Assembly (NCBI RefSeq): GCF_006345805.1
Contig: NC_043014.1
Span: forward strand, 25,730,001-25,794,000
Length of the DNA: 64,000 nt
Reading direction: 5' to 3'
Source of the DNA: Octopus sinensis
Lineage: Eukaryota
Made by a program: the position numbers and the translations under genes. This document shows positions 12,791 through 25,105 of the stretch, piece by piece. Below the pieces are notes generated by a model. The model ran no database searches, was not told the DNA's origin, and saw only the letters and a program-made list of their open reading frames with translations. The stretch's first letter is position 1, and the number at the start of each line of letters is the position of its first letter.

Positions 12791-13489
12791 TTAAGTTCAA
12801 CCTGCTTACAAGTGTGATCGTGTGATAAGTTTTCATGAGTGAAAGAATATGTTGTGAGGAAATGCGTGAGCTAGGGTTTGAGACAAAAAGACATTGACAG
12901 TAAAAAGGAGAAAATAATAAGGGTTTATGTTGATAATACTCAATGAAAGGAGGAGCAAGTCGAAAGCTTAGCTGCTATTTTCCATCCTGAGGTTCGTGTT
13001 TATATATATATATATATTAGCCCTATTTAATGTCTGTTTTTCATGCTGGTATGGCTAAGACAGTTTGACAGGAGCTTGCAAGCCAGGGGACTGCACCAAA
13101 CTCTACTGTCTGCTTTGGCATGGTTTCTATGGTTAAATGCCACTTTCTAGTGGCACCACCAGTGTCAACAAGTAACGTGAGGAAGGTAGCTTTGTGCCAA
13201 GTGATGAGAGGTTAAAGTATGATACAGGGGACTGAAATAGATGTTTTGCTGTAGAGAAGAAGGAAAGATAGTAGCAAAGATGTTGAGACATACGCTTAAG
13301 CTAGAGGGAGGTGTATACAAGTAAATATTGGAAAGAGTGCTTGGGTAGGTAAGTTCATGAAAGTGAAAAAGAACGGGAGATAAAGGAGATGCAATGCAGT
13401 GAATGGTGAACACGGGTGAAAGGGGAGTGTTAGGAATATGAGTTATTGGGGAGAGGTTCATCAAACTATGTGCTGAGACATAGATGACA

Positions 13490-13900
13490 TGCTTTTAGGA
13501 CCTTGCTTTTGCATAGATGTACCGGTCTTCTCATGCACAGTAAATCACCAATCGTCCTGGTCCTTTGTCATCGCTGTAAGGCTCAACATCTTTTTACCAA
13601 CATTTTTTACCACTTCTTCCTGGATCTTCCTCCTCCAAAGTTCCAGGCATGTTCAGCAATTAGTACTTCTTTATGTAGCTTTCCTCATCCATCTACATCT
13701 TATGACCATACCAGCATAGTTTTCTTTCTTGTACTCTATATCTGATCAGTTTTTCTCTCAACATATTTATACATTGTCACACATGCACATTGACTTTGCA
13801 CATCCAGTGGAGCATGCTAGCTTTGTTTCTTTCAAACCTTCACATGCCCTCTACATTCACAGCCCATGAAACACTACTATGTAGCCTTGCTGTTCATACA
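13490..13900 (-). mobile_element. RTE C-terminal fragment (related family)
   Basis: Reverse strand encodes WAVNVEGM.RFERNKASMLHWMC and MTKDQDDW-like segments. Confidence 0.6.
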
Positions 13901-14947
13901 CAAGTATCAGTGTAATTTGTTTGTTTTGTATTTTGTCGCCTCTTTGTGTATAGTAAGAAGTGTTTTCTTGTGTTGCTTTATTACATGTAGTAGTCTTCCA
14001 CTTTTTATTCCTAAGTACTTTTCTAGTCAAACTGTTATTTTTATAATAGTTCTCTGTCTGTATCAGACCACAGTTTCTTCTGAGCAGTGTATTATTATTA
14101 TTGGGTATGTAGTCTCAGTTACCTAATATGGGAGTGATAGCAGTGTATAATACAGATTATATGGTAGACTGGGGGGAGGGTGAGTGGAAGCCGTTACTTA
14201 CCAGGGGAGTGAATCGGATAGATTTCTGGTATTTGGTGGGAAGTACATTACAAGGAAGTCAATGCTCATGGCGTTATACAGTGGACAAAATTCAAATGGT
14301 CAAGAATAGTAAGGAAATAGGAACATAATGGTAGAGCAAAATAGTATATAGAACAGTTGAAAGTAATTAAGGATATTTTAGTTTCTCTGAATACCTGGCC
14401 TTCACTTGAGTAGTCTTATGAATTTCAATAGCTGAGCATTATAAGTGGGCAAGAAGATGAAGGAAATGAAAAAGAAAGTTTGTGTTGTATATTAGGTTTA
14501 AAAATATAAGCATAATATAAAGGACTTGGAGTGTATACAATATATGATTTTGTTACTTTATAGTATATAGTCTATCCAGAATGTTGTGTAATTGTAGACA
14601 AGCTTTGATCAAGCAAGCTATGGTGGAAAGAATTCTAGCCACCTGACTTGTCTTATTTGAGGATTGCATTATGTAAGTTTTTTTTTTCTTAATGGTAGGC
14701 AGTGATTTAAAGGTTTTGGCTAGTATTTCTATCTTGAGCAGCCACATGGGATCTCCTTCATTGATTTATATGTCTTGTATGTATTTATAATGGTAGACTG
14801 AATGTATTCAACATAGGTTTGTCTTAACAACTTGCTACTCTGGATTTAACTCAGGTTTACCTCAGACAGGCAAACCTCAGCTGAAGTGTTGGGAATTGTC
14901 TAGGGGTGCCAGAAATACTCCCACCTTTCTTTTTGTAACTCTAAAGT

Positions 14948-15335
14948 CATAGGCATGGCTGTGTGGTTAAGAAGTTTGCTTCTCAACTATATGATTTTGG
15001 GTTTAGCATGGCACCTTGGGCAAGTATCTTCAACTATAGCTTTGGGCTAACCAAAGCCTTGTGAGTTAATTTGGTAGGCAAAAACTGAAAGAAGTCCATT
15101 GTACATCTATCTCCTTCTCTTGACATCACGTGATAGTTGTAAACGAGTGTCACCATCATATAAGTGATGATCTTCATTTCCAGTCTTACAAGAAAACCTG
15201 TCTGGCCATGGATAAATTTTTCCTTATTTGAAAACTGAAGGTTGGGTACAGAAAAAGCATCCAACCATAGAAAATCTGCCTCAGTCAAACCCATGCAAGC
15301 ATGGAGAAATGGATGTTAAATTGAGGATGATAGTG
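14948..15335 (+). mobile_element. tRNA-derived SINE variant with RTE-type 3' tail
   Basis: Head ggcatggctgtgtggttaagaag is shared with the 32846 SINE; the tail aacccatgcaagcatggagaaatggatgttaa matches the RTE 3' end at 32410-32450. Confidence 0.7.
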
Positions 15336-16204
15336 ATTAAAAGAATCCAAAAGTTAGTTCTCTTGTAATTCAATTTGCATTTTTAAACAGTTAAATATTT
15401 GCACTTTGGGTTGAGGTTCAGCCAGAATAGATAAATGTGGTGTAAAGAACTTGTGATTCACTGGTGACAATAAAAATTCGGTATTGTCAGATTGTATACA
15501 TCAATAAATGATCCTTGTGACTTAATGAATGAGAATAACATAATGTCAACCAAGCTTAATGGTACCAAGAGCTTGATAAAATGCACATAAGTTTCTGAAA
15601 ACTAGTTACTCTCATTTGGTGGGAAAGCCTGTTGATTACTTGAAGGCGCTCATGGATCTTAATCTTAAAAAGCAAGTGTTCTATTTAAACTAAGGAAGGC
15701 AAGGGTTTAGAAAGGGCTCTAGTAGCAAACTTTGTTGCTTCAGAACATTGCAAATGAGGCCCACATCATTAAGTTGATCGAGCCTGTTTTGTAAAGATAT
15801 ACTGCAAGTTATATTTGAGAATGAGGTGGCCAATGAAATTGATAAGATACAACTCTGAATGATGCAATATGTAGCTATGTTGAGATGTCAATAGATATAG
15901 ATGAAAGAATTATGAGAGATTGTAAGAATTTTATATGCCCTTCAAGTTGGTATGACAATGCATATAATTGGGAAAGGTTACTTTCCAGCACAAATGAAGT
16001 TCTGTCATGTATGACAATTCAAAAAAGTTCTCAATTTCCTGGCTTTATGAACATGGATTGTCAGCCTTAACAAATATAACAAAAAATAAGATAAAACTGG
16101 TATCCAGCAAAGTGGAGGATTACATAAGAGTGTCAAGCTTATGGCCTTGGGTTGTAAAAACTAAGAAACTTTTTCTCTTTTATGCTCATAATTGTGATAA
16201 AAAT

Positions 16205-16370
16205 ATGCATGTGCATCTGTGTAGTAAGAAGTTTGCTTCCCAACCACATGGTTCCGTTTTCAGTCCCACTGTTTGGCACAAGTACTAGGCTTAAAAATAA
16301 ATAAATGCTGGGATTGATTCATTTGACTAAAATTCTTCAAGGCTACAGTGTAATGGCTGAAACAAGAAAA
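16205..16370 (+). mobile_element. Internally deleted SINE (head joined to tail)
   Basis: gtagtaagaagtttgcttcccaaccacatggttcc followed directly by aagtactaggc..ggctgaaacaag. Confidence 0.65.
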
Positions 16371-16522
16371 AAGTGGGAGGATTCCTTGGAATTTCAGCAA
16401 GGCTAGGAAGTGGCTGGTGGGAGTGGGGGTAAAAATAAAATATGTAACTGGTGTACTGCAAAACAACAATTGGTTGAGTACCTCTGATCGATGACAAAAT
16501 ATACCAGAAAATATGTTTAATA

Positions 16523-17156
16523 CAGTACCATACAAAAGTCTTCAGCCACTTTAAACTATTGTAAATTTCTACTAATTGCCAACTTATAAGTGGATGTTTT
16601 GCATTGTTTTTTTTTTTTTTTGCAGATGAAACATTGGCCCTGTTGGAGTTATTTCCATACCTAATCATTATATTTTGTAGTAGGGGTTCCAAATGAGAGG
16701 GTAAGATGAGAGACGATCACCAAAAATGGCCGTGCAAAAGTTTTCAGCCACCTGACATAAACCAATCGAGATTACAGTGTTTTAAAACAGAAAAATATCT
16801 GTAATGAAAATTTATTACATAATGTTCATTTCAAGAAGTACATTGTTAATATTTCGTGTGGCTTCCCTTAGTTTGAATAATTGCTTTAATGTGTTTGGGA
16901 AGAGATGCATACAAATCCTTCACCATCTTCAAGATTGTATGGGTTCTTCTGACAAACTCTTCAGTTCTGTCCACATTTGCTTGATGTTATTTAAGTCGGG
17001 GCTCTGAGCTGGCCAGTCTTTCAATACAGTAACACCTTCATCAGCCAGACTCTGTTGATGAAAGTGTTACTGCAATGCGAAACATCCACTTATAAGTTGG
17101 CAATTAGTAGAAATGTACAATAGTTTAAAGTGGCCAAAGACTTTTGCACGGGACTG
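16523..17156 (-). mobile_element. Internally deleted Tc1-like element (TA-flanked, ~85-bp matching termini)
   Basis: TA|CAGTACCATACAAAAGTCTTCAGCCACTTTAAACTATTG.. is inverted at 17072-17156|TA; inner repeat ccgtgcaaaagttttcagccac at about 16730; the minus strand encodes DWPAQSPDLN and HIKAIIQTKGSHTKY*. Confidence 0.88.
16693..16700 (+). CDS. NAA50: Candidate first coding exon of NAA50 (ATG AGA GG, Met-Arg-Gly), tentative
   Basis: Only ATG-NNN-NN followed by GTAAG that I found upstream of exon 2; phase 2 fits exon 2 and gives MRGGRIELGD, comparable to human MKGSRIELGD. It lies within a Tc1 remnant, so it may be coincidental. Confidence 0.35.
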
Positions 17157-17601
17157 TATATTAATGTGGCCTAGAGGGGAAAAATGAATTAGTGACTAAA
17201 GTAATGCTTTTGTGTTGCTGATTTGGTTTTAATAAAATACTAGAGACACTTCTTGATCCTCAATGGAAAATTGCTTTAGTGCATGTTATGTATTAATGCT
17301 GCTAATTCCAGACATAAAGTATTTTAAGCATGCAGTGTAAGTATGGCTACAGAATGTAAAGAAAGTGTACAAACTATACAAACAATAGATTTTACATGAT
17401 TCCTCCATATACATGTATTGGGTTATTTTAAATTTTTGTGCATAAAATCACATTCATACACTGATAAACAAGTAGATATGAATTAGCTTTTCTGTTATTA
17501 TCAGCTTCTCTCTCTCTCTACAGTTTGATAAACTTCTTTTTTGATCATCACTACCACAGGTGGAACTAATGAGACTTGTGTTTTTCTCTGTTTGGTTACA
17601 G

Positions 17602-17738
17602 GGGACGTATTGAGTTAGGAGACATTACTGCCCATAACATCAAGCAGCTGAAACGCCTTAATCAGTATGTTTTTCCTGTAACATATAATGATAAATTCTA
17701 CAAAGATGTCTTGGAAGTGGGTGAATTGGCAAAACTTG
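17602..17738 (+). CDS. NAA50: N-alpha-acetyltransferase 50 (San/NatE catalytic subunit), coding exon 2
   Basis: ttacag acceptor, gtgag donor; encodes GRIELGDITAHNIKQLKRLNQYVFPVTYNDKFYKDVLEVGELAKL; 137 bp. Confidence 0.96.
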
Positions 17739-19944
17739 GTGAGTTTCTCCTTATAATTTCTGTTCTTATGAATAGCAATACACATGGCTTTGTCAAAGTT
17801 GTGATAAGGATTGGACAGTCTCTCTCTTCTTTGTGCTTTAAAAACTTTCCATTCTCTTGTTCCTTTGGACATGGCACTTAATTTAGATTGATTGCCTCAT
17901 TCAACTTGATTTACAAAAGATTCCATTTCACAGTTGAATGGTTACTTTAGAGTTATTAGGTGTAGGTATAGTTGTGTGATTGCAAACTTCACTTTGTAAT
18001 TATGTGATTTCACCTTGTAACACCTTGGAAAAGTGCCTTCTATATAACTGAAGCTGACTTGTTTACTGAATGAAATTAGTAGATAAAAACCATGTGAAGG
18101 CTCATTGTGTGTGCACAAACATTTATTTTCTGCATGTCTTACTTAGCACTGACAATGTTTGGGCAATATTGGTTTTATGTTTACATCTCCAGTAATGAGT
18201 CCTGTACCTCAATATGTGAAGATGAGTAAAAATACAAGAAAAAGAAGGGTTTGTGACAGGGAGGGTATCAGGTTGTAGAATACTGTCTCAGTAAATCTTA
18301 TCTAAACCATGCCAGGATGTAAAAGATAGAGAAGTTCAAACATTTTTTTTTTTTGTTTGTGTTTAGGTAAAGTAAACTTTTTGACAGCAACTTGATTTTG
18401 AATAGAAACTAAACAATTGAAAATGAGCAGAAAGAATATGATCAACAGTCTGAGAATGTTTTCATTGATATTTAATGTTTATTACTTAACAAAAATGGGT
18501 GTAGGCATGACTGATTTACAACCATGAATCCAGGCTTGATCTCATTGAGCAGCACTTTGGAGCAAGAGTTTTCTTTCATACCCTTATGTCCATCAATGCC
18601 TTGTGGGTGGAATTTCATATCTAGGTACTATACTGAAACCAGTTGTATTTATGTGTGTATGTATATCTTTTAGTAAGAAAATTGAAACCTAGTGTTTTTA
18701 AATAAAATTACTTTGATCACTCTTGGGATTGAAAATACAGTGAAGCAGTATAAAGTAACTGGATAGGATACTTGAGAGATAAGACCCTCTTATTTCTAAA
18801 GTTTTAAGTAAAAGTTGAGTGATGAAAACTGTATAGAAGCCCCCCAAATAGACTATCCCTGTTTTGGAATGGTGAACTTAAAAATCACCATTTGGCCTTT
18901 GGCTGATTTTAGCAGTACAAGCATATGGGTCTAGTCCCCAGTCTGAGGATCATTTCCCATCTGTCTCAGAGAACCTTAAGCAAAAATGTAGGACACTGCC
19001 CCTCTAAATAAGCTATGCACACACACACACACGTGTGCAAAATAGTTTGGTAACTGTTCTGATTTTAACATGCCTTTTACCTGCTCAGAGCCAAGTATAT
19101 ACCAATATGATGCAAAGTATTGGGTACTGCAGAGCAATTGACAAACCAAGTTTACAGTTTGGAATTCTTTTATTCTTGGTTTCAATTGATCTATTTTCTA
19201 TGAGAGCATTACTCATTATGTGACACTTTACTGGATGAGATATCCAGTGGGATTCAGCACAGTTTCTGTCCACCTAGTGTATGATATAAATTGAAAAACC
19301 AGTGCTTTTAAATACAATTGCTTTGTGGATTTTGTTTCACTTTGAGTTGCACAAACAGTATCACTCATGACTGAAACTTATTCAGTGAGATTGAACCAAG
19401 AATTGTGTAATTACAATACAAACTTCTTAGCCTCAAGGCTTCTATTTGTGGCCATTTCAATTCAGTTGTGTCACTAACATAAAAAACTTGATCATATTAC
19501 ATAAAAAATATTTCCAGTCAGTTGTGAGTTAGTGAGCTTATGTTTGACTAAATAATTTACAATATCTAGTTTTACCCCTTTTTTTATGCAGATTCAAATA
19601 CTGCTATGGTCAGTATTGACCTTCATCCATTTAGGATTATAGAAATATATTGGGTGAATTCAACTGTTTACTTTTTGTTTGTACCTCCTTAGTAAAGAAT
19701 TTGCATTATCATTATATCACTGATATAATGGTTTCTGATTATGCACAAGGCCAGCAATTTTGAAGGGTAGAGGTTGATACTATTGGCTTCAGTGCTTGAC
19801 TCATACTTTATTTTATCAATCCCGATAGGAGGAAAAGCAGAATTGATCATAGCAGGACCTGAATTCACAATGTAAAGAACCAGAACAAATACTATTAGGA
19901 ATTTTTCTAAAGCTCTAATGGTTCTGCTGTCTTGCTACCTATTC

Positions 19945-20150
19945 ATCATCATCATTCATATGTCCATGTTCCATGCTAGCATGGGTGGGACGGTACCACA
20001 AGTCAGCCAGGCCGAAGCCTGCATCAGACTTCTGTGACTGTTTTGGCTGGATTTTTACAGCTGGATGCTCTTCCTAACACCAACCACTCAGCAGAGTGGA
20101 CTTGGTGCTTTTTATGTGGTGCAAGCACAGGTGAGGTGAGTAGTGCTTTT
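19945..20150 (-). mobile_element. RTE 3' tail fragment in NAA50 intron 2
   Basis: catcatcatc..ccatgctagcatgggtgggacgg..gctggatgctcttcctaac. Confidence 0.75.
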
Positions 20151-20454
20151 TATGTGGATATCATTGAAATAATGAACATTGAATCTAAGAGGCCAATATT
20201 GCAGGTTATGTTCCTTGAATATTGATTACCTCTTCTTAGATATATGCTTACTGCCCAATGGGGAATTTGAACTAAAGAGGGTGAAACTGATTATCCAGTA
20301 TCCATCCACTAGGCTTTGTCACATAGTAATATATTATATATTGATATTTAAACTTGCCTTGTATAATTTACTTACATGTTGTAGAACTTTTGTCAATTGA
20401 TGATGTAATTCAATGCTAAAGTTTCTTTTTTTTTTTTTTTGTCTCATTTTCCAG

Positions 20455-20574
20455 CCTATTTCAATGACATTGTTGTTGGTGCTGTGTGTTGCCGAGTGGA
20501 TAACTCTGCAACACAGCGCAGATTGTACATAATGACTTTAGGCTGCTTATTTCCATACAGACGGCTGGGAATTG
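20455..20574 (+). CDS. NAA50: NAA50 coding exon 3
   Basis: ttccag acceptor, gtaag donor; AYFNDIVVGAVCCRVDNSATQRRLYIMTLGCLFPYRRLGIG includes the acetyl-CoA-binding RRLGIG motif; 120 bp. Confidence 0.96.
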
Positions 20575-21529
20575 GTAAGTTGTTTGTACACTCTACTGAA
20601 CACCATTCAATTAGAATATTGGCTTAAGACTGGTGTGGCTTATCTGATGCAATGTGTTCAAACCTCAATGCTTGAGCTGTTTTGTGACCTAACTTTTGAC
20701 TCATTCTATCTGAATATAGTTGCTATTCTCACTTTGTGGATGAGTGGTATTGGGATGTTATGTGGCTGTTAATTACTACACTCACAATGTTTTATTTTAC
20801 ATGCATATATGCAATAGTTTTATTTGTTTGTTGTTGTTTTAAATCTATTTTGATATGTATTATTAGGAAATGTCATTTTACACCTTGAAAAAAAAAAACC
20901 TTTCTAACCATTTTAACATAATGTGAGCATGGCAGCAACTGTGCATTACAGATTTACTTGTTCGGCACTGATTGTTACTAATCGTCAATTTTCTGATCAC
21001 AAGAATGTGTGAATGTTTATTCATTGGAACAAAACAACTTAGGTTTAGGACGTCTAGTATGACATTTATTACAACTGAATGTTGAATACTGTATTCACCA
21101 TTTTCAGTTGTAGTAAATGTTTTTAAATGTGAGATGGCTGAATGGATAGAATATTGAACTCCCTTTCTAGAAGTTGCATATTCAAATCTGCTACTGTCAT
21201 TTCATTGTTTCTAGGTTGGTACACTTTATATTGCCTCAGCTTACCTAGCTGTTAATAATATACAAAAGAATCTTTTCCAGCTTCATCTTGTTTTGTTACT
21301 GTTGGGTCCAAACCCTGATGCTAATTATGGTCTGTGTATGATGACTGTTATGCAATGGCCTAGTCCATGTTAAATTTGTTATGTGCAGGTGAGCCAGCTC
21401 TACCCATTCTTTAATTTCATCTGCAGCAGATCCTCAATGTAACAGGTTGATAGATTTGTATATTCTCACTGATAAAATATTAGTGACTGAAGCAGTATTA
21501 ATACCAAAAGGCAGTCTTGATCTCCAAAT

Positions 21530-22090
21530 TACTGCTGAAGGCTATCTTCATTTCCAACATTGTGTGGGTTGTATTAAAATACAGAATGCCTTTGATATCG
21601 ACTCATGGTGCATAAAAACACTTGTATTTGTATCACTGACAGACAAAAACTATCTGCTACGACTGCCAGAATTACCAGATCATATGATTTCACCTTACTT
21701 TTGGCTCCTCAGTAACAGATAGATGTCCAGCAGCAACATAACTGCTGAATCTCCCATCAACAAGCTCATATGAGAAAACCTTTCAAGCTGTTGCTGCTGG
21801 ACATGGCAATGAGGAGCCCATAGGACAAAATCATTATGTGATCTGGTACTTTCAGCAGTTACAGTAGACAATTCTCATCAATGATACAAATACGAGTGCT
21901 TTTATGCACCCCAAGTCCATATGTAAGGCACTCCTATGGTAAATAATGAAGTATTCTGTGTTCTAACACAACCTCCATGGAGATAAAGATTGCTTATCTT
22001 CAATTTAGACTTAATTTGTCAGGGACAGTAGTGACTGACAAAAAAGGTGGGGCAGTTGTAATAATGAAACTGGTCTGCCAACTATACACA
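21530..22090. repeat. Imperfect ~200-bp-arm inverted repeat with an adjacent Penelope-like RT motif, in NAA50 intron 3
   Basis: Perfect 16-bp core 21723-21738 / 21789-21804 with decaying outer complementarity; the flank at about 22027-22066 encodes VVTDKKGGAVVIM, similar to the PLE motif ADKGGAVV. Confidence 0.7.
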
Positions 22091-22741
22091 TTATTTGCAA
22101 ATTCTTTCTTTAAGGATTAAGGATTACCAGTGATATTGAAGAGTTAGAGTATCTTCCATTAAACTCAGTTTCTTTGAAATAAACTCTCTCAGATGTTTTG
22201 ATTACTCTTTTGTTTTTCTCCCTGCAGTTATTAACCAGAGATGCTTTACTGAACTATTTATATTATCTCTGACTATAGCATTGTAGATTCTAACTGATAC
22301 TTCTGAACAAACTTAACTTTTCTGTATTGACTATTTAGTAGCAACATTTTTTGTTATAATGTTCTGTTATTTTGATGACACTGTTTCCTAGTGTAGAAAA
22401 TTGAACTCCTGTTTCTCTCTTTGATTATTTAGGTTTATGTTCTTAGTTTTCTCTGCAGCCCTTAAATAAATTTTTATTTCCTCTTCTAAATCTTGTTACT
22501 TTATCTGCTGCCACATTGAGACTCTTCATTTCTGCCCTCATGGTTTTACTTTTAATGTCTTGCATTTCTCTAAACTTTTTGCCCTCCCTCTCCCACACGT
22601 TGAATAGATATTCAGTGGTGATCAGAAATAATCAATAGCAAGTACATACAATTTCAGAGATAAATTATTGAAAATGTACTCTTTTCCTTAAACCATTTTA
22701 GTAGCATATTTTTGGCTGTAAACTTTTTCTTTCATTTTCAG

Positions 22742-22808
22742 GCACAGTGATGTTGAATCATGTTTTAAAAATCTGTGAAGAAGATGGAAACTTTGATAAT
22801 GTTTTCTT
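22742..22808 (+). CDS. NAA50: NAA50 coding exon 4
   Basis: ttttcag acceptor, gtaag donor; TVMLNHVLKICEEDGNFDNVF; 67 bp; too short for the ORF track; phases join correctly. Confidence 0.95.
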
Positions 22809-24264
22809 GTAAGTATCTTCCTTGCTTTATATCATAGCATCAATATTATTGAGGCAAACCAGGGAGTGCCATTGTATGTATGACTGATTTAGTCAATAGT
22901 CAACATTTACTTACTAATTATGATTTTTACACCTGTTGTAATTTGCCATGTAAGGAGCAAGATAAGGCCAACAAAATTGTCTTATAGATATTAAGTAATG
23001 TATGTGTATCTTGGTTTTACAATAAAGTTCATGATGTTATGAGAGGTGACTAAAAAGATTAATGAAAAGAAGGCATCCAGCATGAAAAAGCAGTCGTAAT
23101 ATTTATGTAAATTAGGGGAAGTTGTGCTTATCTTTTGTTGTAAAATGTTCTTTAATATTGTGTGTAAATCATCAATATAATAATATTAATATGCCAATTT
23201 GTTTTTTGTACGTACCTGATGCATGTGTCACATTTAAGAGAAAGAAATTTTGTTGCTTAAAGATTTCTTGTAATTTCTGGAAGAGATTTGAAACCACCAC
23301 CTATGTGTTGTTTTACTACTTCTCAACACCCATGCCTACAGGTCCACTGAAGCAGCAACAATCTTAATGGGAAAATTTGATGTGTGTGCAAAGGAGAGAG
23401 GAAGTGAGAAGGAGTGGCTGAATTCCTTTGAATTCCTTTCTGTGATTGAACTGAAATTAACCCCTGGCTATTAAAGGCCCAACCACACACACACACACAC
23501 ATTTGTTTTAGGTCTTCTGCCTCTTTGAATTTGGCCATACACCAGATAATATGTTAAGTCTTATGTTCCAAAATTTAAATTTTGATTTTGTTTTAATTAT
23601 AAAATTACACCTCATTTAAAAAACTACTTTTGGTTTTCGAATACAGCCTTTTCTTTCTCTTTCTATATTTTTGTTAAGTTACAATTTCTCTATCTTGGTC
23701 TGGATTTTTCTAGTTTCTTGTATCATGTGAAAACATTAAAAAAAAAAAAATTAAATTCAGAGCCGAACAAAATCAAAAATATTCTATTTTTCCCTTTCCT
23801 TAATACTAACAAGAGCATAGTATGAGAGAGATTTGGCTGTTATTTCTTGCAAATTGAACAACCACATAGTCGTTCAATTGGCTCATTTGTTGATGTGCAT
23901 AAGTAAACAAAGACTAAGGCACATACACACACATATACATATATGAATGTGTCTGTGTTTGTCCCCACCACCACCATTGCTTGACAACCAATGGTGTGTT
24001 TGCGTCCCTGTAACTTAGCTGTTCAGCAGAGGAGACTGATAGAATAAGCACCAGGCTTACAGGGAATAACTCCAGGAGTCAAATGACTGAAACAAAAGAA
24101 TACAAGAAAAACGTTTCATACCACTAAAGCAAGAGGGTTCTCTGAATATGTATGATGTATTTTAAAGCTAAATAGTAATTCTATTTACGTTTGCGTAACA
24201 GATATTTTGGTTGGATTATATAGTTATCAGTTTTACCTTTCTATATTCTGTAACTGTCACAATA

Positions 24265-24465
24265 TACTTTTCTACTATAGGCCTGAAATTTTGGGTGGGA
24301 GAGGGCCAGTCAATTAGATCGACCCCAGTATGCAACTGGTACTTCATTTATCAACCCTGAAAGGCAGTGGACTGTGGCAGAATTTGAACTCAGAACGTAA
24401 AGACATGAAATGTCACTAAGCGTTTTGCCCGGCGTGCTAACTATTCTGCCAGCTCGCCACCTTTA
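24265..24465 (-). mobile_element. Second tRNA-derived SINE family, in NAA50 intron 4
   Basis: Reverse complement ggtggcgagctggcagaatagttagcacgcc..gttctgagttcaaattctgcc contains A- and B-box-like motifs; plus-strand relative at 33418. Confidence 0.75.
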
Positions 24466-24930
24466 ACTGTCACAATACAGAAACATTTCTCATGGCACCA
24501 GCATACAATTTACTGATACTTACATTTTTTATGGGTCCAACTAGTTATTATTATTATTGCCACTGTATTTTCTATTTTTTTCTTTCAATTGCAATACCAC
24601 CTTTAGTAAGATATACTTTGCCAGGTTATCAATCTTATCTTTAGAGTGTGAACTTTTATAATGTTTTGATTGGTTTGATATCCAGTCATTACCAGGTAGG
24701 TTTGTTTTTTCCTGACTACTGTTCCAAACTGAATTTGAACTAGGAAACTGATGGTAATCTGAGATGAAACTTAATGAAATATAGTGCAGATAAATATCAC
24801 TACTCCTATATGCTCTAAAGAGCAGGTTAATAGTCAGGAAATTACTAACTCATTTCAAGTGTTTAATTACTCCCCACTTCCTTCTTTGTAGCTAGCTTAC
24901 CTCTGGTGTGTGTCTTTTTATTGCTTGCAG

Positions 24931-25105
24931 ACATGTCCAAGTAAACAATGTTGGAGCAATAAAGTTTTATGAAAAATTTGGATTTGAAATAGTTGAAGAA
25001 AAGAAGAATTACTACAAAAGAATTGAACCAGCAGATGCATACGTTCTACAAAAAACTTTTACAAAAACCAAACAGCAACAAGCTTTACGCCGTATTGAAA
25101 AATAA
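24931..25105 (+). CDS. NAA50: NAA50 last coding exon
   Basis: ttgcag acceptor; [57 protein letters not shown] then TAA; possible polyA signal ATTAAA at 25292-25297. Confidence 0.96.

Noticed and set aside
17576-17881. ORF-track proteins overlapping NAA50 exons (17576-17881, 20439-20627, 24908-25105) as standalone genes
   Set aside because: These are exon frames running into intron sequence; canonical splice sites define the real CDS.
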